Positions 59,701 through 64,000 of a stretch of DNA of 64,000 nucleotides are shown here, in pieces; within the stretch, counting starts at the first letter, position 1, and each line of letters begins with the position of its first letter. The notes under the pieces were generated by a model. It saw nothing but the letters and a program-made list of their open reading frames with translations, made no database searches and was not told the origin of the DNA. The stretch comes from Heteronotia binoei (lineage: Eukaryota): contig NC_083242.1 of NCBI RefSeq assembly GCF_032191835.1, forward strand, positions 558,001 to 622,000, in the 5' to 3' direction. The translations under genes were made by a program, and so were the position numbers.

Positions 59701-62700
59701 GATGACCCAGCTGGGGGGAGGGGAAAGCAACCCCTGGGTGAGCGGGGGGCCGCCGAGTACGGGGGGAAGCACACCCCCCCCCAGGAAACAGCCCAGCGTG
59801 TTCCTGCCTGACACCCCCTCCCCCCCAGTCAGAACTGAGCCCCTGCGGAGGCCCCGTGCCCCCCCCCCCCCCGCCAAGGACCCAGCCGGCCGGCCAGCTC
59901 CCCCTCCCCGCCTACCAGTGCTCCTGTCCCTGAGGGGGTCAGCCTCCCGCACAGTGGTGATGGAGAGATTGTTGGTGACGCTCCCGGGAGTGATGTAGGG
60001 GTCCGTTTCAGGGTCGATGTTGGGGTAACCTTTCCAGGGCTCACCAGGGCGGAACTCTGGAATCACCGGGAGAGGAAGGCAGGAAGGAGGGTTACGGCAG
60101 CTTCCCCACAAAGGGCTCAGGCAGCCACGCCCAGCTCCCTGGGGCCAGCCGCACCAGCTCTCCCCTGGCTGCCTTTCCGGGGCACTGATGCTGGGGCAAT
60201 CTGAGGGGCTCGAGGCCAAACCCCCCCCCCCCACGTTATTGGCCTCCACAATCCAGCTTGATGTGCTGAAGGCCACGGAAAGGCTCCCCCCAGTCAAGTC
60301 CACAGCTGGGAGGCAAATTCAGACCTGGTCTTCTCTCTCTTTGCCCCCCCGAAGGAAGAAGAAGAGATTGGATTTATGAGCGGCTTCTAGTCTCCTTTCC
60401 CTTCCCTTCCCTTCCCCACAAGAGACCCCTGGTGAGGCGGGTGAGGCTGAGAGAGCTCTGAGAGGGAACTGCTCTTGAGCAGAACAGCTCTGAGAAAGAT
60501 TATTGGGAAAAAGGACAACAGCAAGAACTGGAGGCTACAAGCTCTGGCAGCCACTGTGGTGCAGCCGGGCTCCAGGCAAGGCTTGCAGGCAGAAGCATCA
60601 CCCCTCCCAGCCCCAGACCCCTCCCCCAGGACTCCCCCTCTCAGTCTCCAGGCAGCAACAACCCTTCTGGCCCCCCCTCGCCCCCTCAGCTCACACAGCC
60701 ACCAGGGCCCGCGACCCCACCCCCGCGAGGCACCCCGGAAGCAGCTCACCTGGGGGCCAGTTGACACTGCTGGAGCCGCTAGGCGGCGATTTGGCACGTG
60801 GCCAGCCATCCCCGATCGAGCCTGGAGGACTGGCGGAGAACTGCTGCTGTGCATGAAGTCATAGGGGACAAAGGGGGCTTCCTCCATCCTGAAGCCGCTG
60901 GAAATAGCACCTGGGCAGAGGAGGGGAGGGGAGGGGAGGGAGAGCGTCCCATCAGGCCGAGGGGCAGCAGATTCAGGCCGCACAAAAGGAAACCCTTCTC
61001 TACACAGAGAGGGAGCAACGGGTGGGATTCACTGCCAGAGGCTGCAGAGAGCGCCCCAGCAGGGACAGGGGACTGGCCAGACTCTGGGAGGAGATGCCTA
61101 TCAGCGGCTGCTGCCCAGGGAGGCTGAAGGGACCCTCCACAATCAGAAGCACTGAAGCCCAGAGCCGGAAGGCTTCAGCTTCTCTGCGCTGTTCTTGGCC
61201 CTTCAGGAACTGGATGGCCACTGTGTGAACATATATGAACATATGAAGCTGCCTTACACTGAATCAGATCCTCGGTCCATCAAGTCAGTATTGTCTACTC
61301 AGACTGGCAGCAGCTCTCCAGGGTCTCAAGCTGAGGTTTTTCACACCTATTTGCCTGGGCCCTTTTTAGTTGGAGATGCCAGGGATTGCACCTGGGACCT
61401 TCTGCTTACCAAGCAGATGCTCTGCCACTGAGAGGAGGCTGGACTAGATGGACCCTCTCTGGTCTGACCCAGCAGGGCTCTTCTGATGTGCTTAGGTATT
61501 TTTCCCAGCCTTTACGGATACCCTGGGCACCAGGCAGGCAGCGTCTGCAAGATGTCTAATCATTGGCATTTCACTCCCCTGTGATCTTGGGCCACCTCCC
61601 CACTCCCAGCCTGCAACCGTTCACAGCCATTCCCCATGAAGCATTCACACATCTTACTCTTGGCAAGAAACACAAATGCTTCACAAAGACACCAGAGCTT
61701 TACAAGGTGCCTTAATTTCAGAGCAAAGTGTTCAGAACAAGCCACGTTTCTGTTTCCAGGATTTAAACCCAAGCCTTCTTGGACACCTGCACAGCTATTT
61801 CCATGATTTACCTGCTTTCACAACCTGTCTTGTTTCTGGTGAAGTAACATGAGGTCCCCCCCCTCTTTGTGGCACTCTGAATGGGCTGGCCGAATGCACC
61901 ATGGGGGTGGGGGGGAGGGAGGTCACCTACCATTTTTGCTGACGTTTTGATCCAGCGAGGCGTTTGCAGCCCCGCTCTCCACCGTCGTCCATTTCCTCAG
62001 CCGGGACTGTGGCTCTTTTATGTTGCCCATGTCCATGCTTACATTCAAGTGGGAGTTCAGTCCTGCAACAGAGGAGGAGGAGGAGGAGGAGGAGATGAAC
62101 CAGGGAACGATCTTCTCTGGACTCCCCCACCCCCCCAAGGACACAGGGACCCACTTCCTGGACTTCAGCGGAGAGCCAGACTCTCCACTGTAGAAAGCCA
62201 TTCTGGTGGCTCCTGGCTGAGGAGAGCAAGGCAGTTTGTGGCACTCACGCCTGAATGACGGTGCAGAGACTCTGCTTTTCAGCTCTTTGGGAGAACTGCA
62301 GCCCACCAGCCTCCTTGCCAGCGCCTGCCCTGTGCACCGCCTTGGGCAGTGGGGGCAGTCATGGGGGCCGCCACCTTTCCTGAAACAGGGAAGTCCCCCA
62401 AGGTGCCTCAAGCCCACAGAGGCCAGGGGAGCGACGGGGCAGCCGGACACCGTCTCGCACGCTGCCGCTTTCTGAAGTGGCTCCCTTACTGCCTGCCAAC
62501 TGAGAAGAGCCGCAGAAGGCACGATCCGGATCACAGAGCTGTCAAGAGTCACCCCAGCTTGTTCCTCTTGTCATGTGTAGTCAATTGTACAATGCTAGGC
62601 TGTGCTTCAATGCTATGCTGTGCTTGCCATGCCTTTGATATAACTGTAACTTGTTGCTTATCTGGAGGGAGGATGGCATGTCTGGGAACCGGCTAGTTGC

Positions 62701-63991
62701 TATGCAACCGAGGCTAAAGAGCTGGAGGAGATGAGAACCATGAACTGATAGTGAGCCCCTGTGGTGATGAGAGCTTAGCAAAAACCCCGTGCAAAACCCC
62801 TGCTTTTGCTTGGCGCGCTTTGGCGTGAATTATAACGGTCAGAGCAAAGGTATATAAGGCGGAGAGGTCAGTTCCGACAAGGCGTGTGTCTGCCCATGAA
62901 GCTGGAATAAAGATCTTGAACTTCAACTGTCTTTTCCTTGACTGGGTCTGACAAGAACTGCCCCCCTTCTCCGCTCTCTAAATGCGTTTTGCAAGGCAGC
63001 CGGCAGTCTGAACTGGGATTGTTTATAGCTGTCAGATTTTAAAATGTTTTAAAAGTATTATTTGTATGTTTCCCCCCCGGATTTGTGTGCTGCCCAGAGC
63101 CCTGCAGTAGCAAGAAGAAGAAGAAGGAGGAGGGGCTTCTGGGCCCAGACCTACCAAGGGGGAAGTTGCTGAAGGGAGTGCTGCTCTGCCCCGGCCCTTT
63201 CTGCAGCTCGGTCTCCAGGAAGGACTTCAAGGCAGGCGACTGGAGCTGCTGCTGCTGCTGCTTGAGGAGGAGGAGGGCGGGGTCCAAATGGCAGGGCTGT
63301 GGCAGGCCCAGGGGGCGGCTCTGCGAGGAAGGGAGAGTGAGCAAGAGAGGGGGCTCCAGCCCAGCAACATCACCCAGCAGGCCGTGGGAGAGAGAAGACC
63401 CAAGCCCACCCACCAGCATCCTCAGGAGACAGGTCATGATGGACAGCTGTGTGAGCCACAGAGTGCCTGAAGAAAGCTCCCACCCCCTGCTGCCGCAAGC
63501 CTGCTTAGTCTTTACGGTGCTCCCGGCTCTGGCTGGCACAACCACACACTGGTGTGGACTGAAGGAGGTTGGGCTGCAAGCCAAGGAACTCCGTTGGTCA
63601 CAACTTCCCATCTCCAGCAACCATCCCCCCCCCCCCCGCGGGTCCAGCGCAGGCAGACATGGCAGAAAGAAAAGGGGGGAGAGAGTGGGGAGGGGCCTAC
63701 CTGTTGCTCTGGCTGGCGGCCCCCCGCAGGCATGTTTCGGGGTGGCTGGGCCTTCCTCTGCTGGGCAAGCAGGCGCTGCAAGAGAGCCACAGTGAGAGCG
63801 ACGGGGGCAGGAGCACCGCGGGGGGGAGGGGGGGAAGGAAACAACAAAGCCGTTCCACTTACTTGTAACTGGGAGATCTGGGAGAGCTGGTTCAACTGGG
63901 AGAGTTGGTTCAACATGGCTACCTGCTGTGGCCCAAAGAGCGGGCTCAGCGCCCCATTGTTTGGTGCATACTTCAACAGAGAGACAGGAAC
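56777..63991 (-). CDS. TNRC6A: GW182 / trinucleotide repeat-containing 6A, 3' part (11 exons; gene continues beyond the window); one apparent 1-nt deletion
   Basis: Exons 63863-63991, 63701-63775, 63155-63320, 61931-62062, 60750-60910, 59916-60056, 59600-59710, 59260-59487, 58176-58249, 57927-58066, 56777-57206. [40 protein letters not shown]2 [37 protein letters not shown]. Wording matches TNRC6A rather than TNRC6B or C. Confidence 0.95.
57340..57750 (-). mobile_element. SINE family A with 3 tandem 79-bp units
   Basis: CTGACCCAAGG at 57496, 57572 and 57651; head reverse complement TTAACCACTACACCAAAC. Confidence 0.85.
58255..59087 (-). mobile_element. SINE family A with 8 tandem 79-bp units
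   Basis: CTGACCCAAGG at about 58427, 58507, 58586, 58665, 58744, 58823, 58902 and 58981; one tail and one head (TTAACCACTATACCAAACTGGCTCTCC). Confidence 0.9.
61228..61492 (-). mobile_element. SINE family B (- strand) abutting a short CR1 3' tail fragment (+ strand)
   Basis: AAGCAGATGCTCTGCCACTGAG (head reverse complement) at about 61410-61432, then GGCTGGACTAGATGGACCCTCTCTGGTCTGACCCAGCAGGG. Confidence 0.7.
62540..62953 (+). mobile_element. Putative solo LTR (414 bp) antisense within a TNRC6A intron
   Basis: TGTCA...TGACA termini, flanks AGAGC and AGAAC (4/5 TSD match), TATATAA at 62851-62857, AATAAA at 62906-62911. Confidence 0.65.
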
Positions 63992-64000
63992 CTGCAGAGG

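Overview
Eukaryotic vertebrate DNA, not prokaryotic: a GC-rich, gene-dense, small-intron segment, probably from a squamate reptile (gecko-like SINE/CR1 content; this is an inference). Exon models were assembled by hand from the sequence. They give seven spliced protein-coding genes: ERN2/IRE1-beta (+), PLK1 (-), DCTN5 (-), PALB2 (+), NDUFAB1 (+), an unnamed mucin-like SEA/EGF single-pass membrane protein (+, 42623-53763) and the 3' part of TNRC6A/GW182 (-). The first five keep the order of human 16p12.2; synteny then breaks. The strongest novelty candidate is the unnamed gene: about 1085-1136 aa, with a SEA-like motif lacking the autocleavage Ser, a DSGxxS degron-like motif and an NPxF motif in the tail. 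Other notable features are repeated internal tandem amplification of a 79-bp B-box-containing SINE segment, two oppositely oriented 134-bp CR1 3'-end arrays, several nested or foldback MITEs, a solo LTR, a GC-AG intron in PALB2 and a miRNA-seed cluster in the TNRC6A 3'UTR. Four 1-nt indels break ERN2 (three) and TNRC6A (one); they are most likely consensus errors. Almost all other ORFs in the track are GC-shadow or repeat artefacts. There is no CRISPR array, rRNA gene or genuine tRNA gene.
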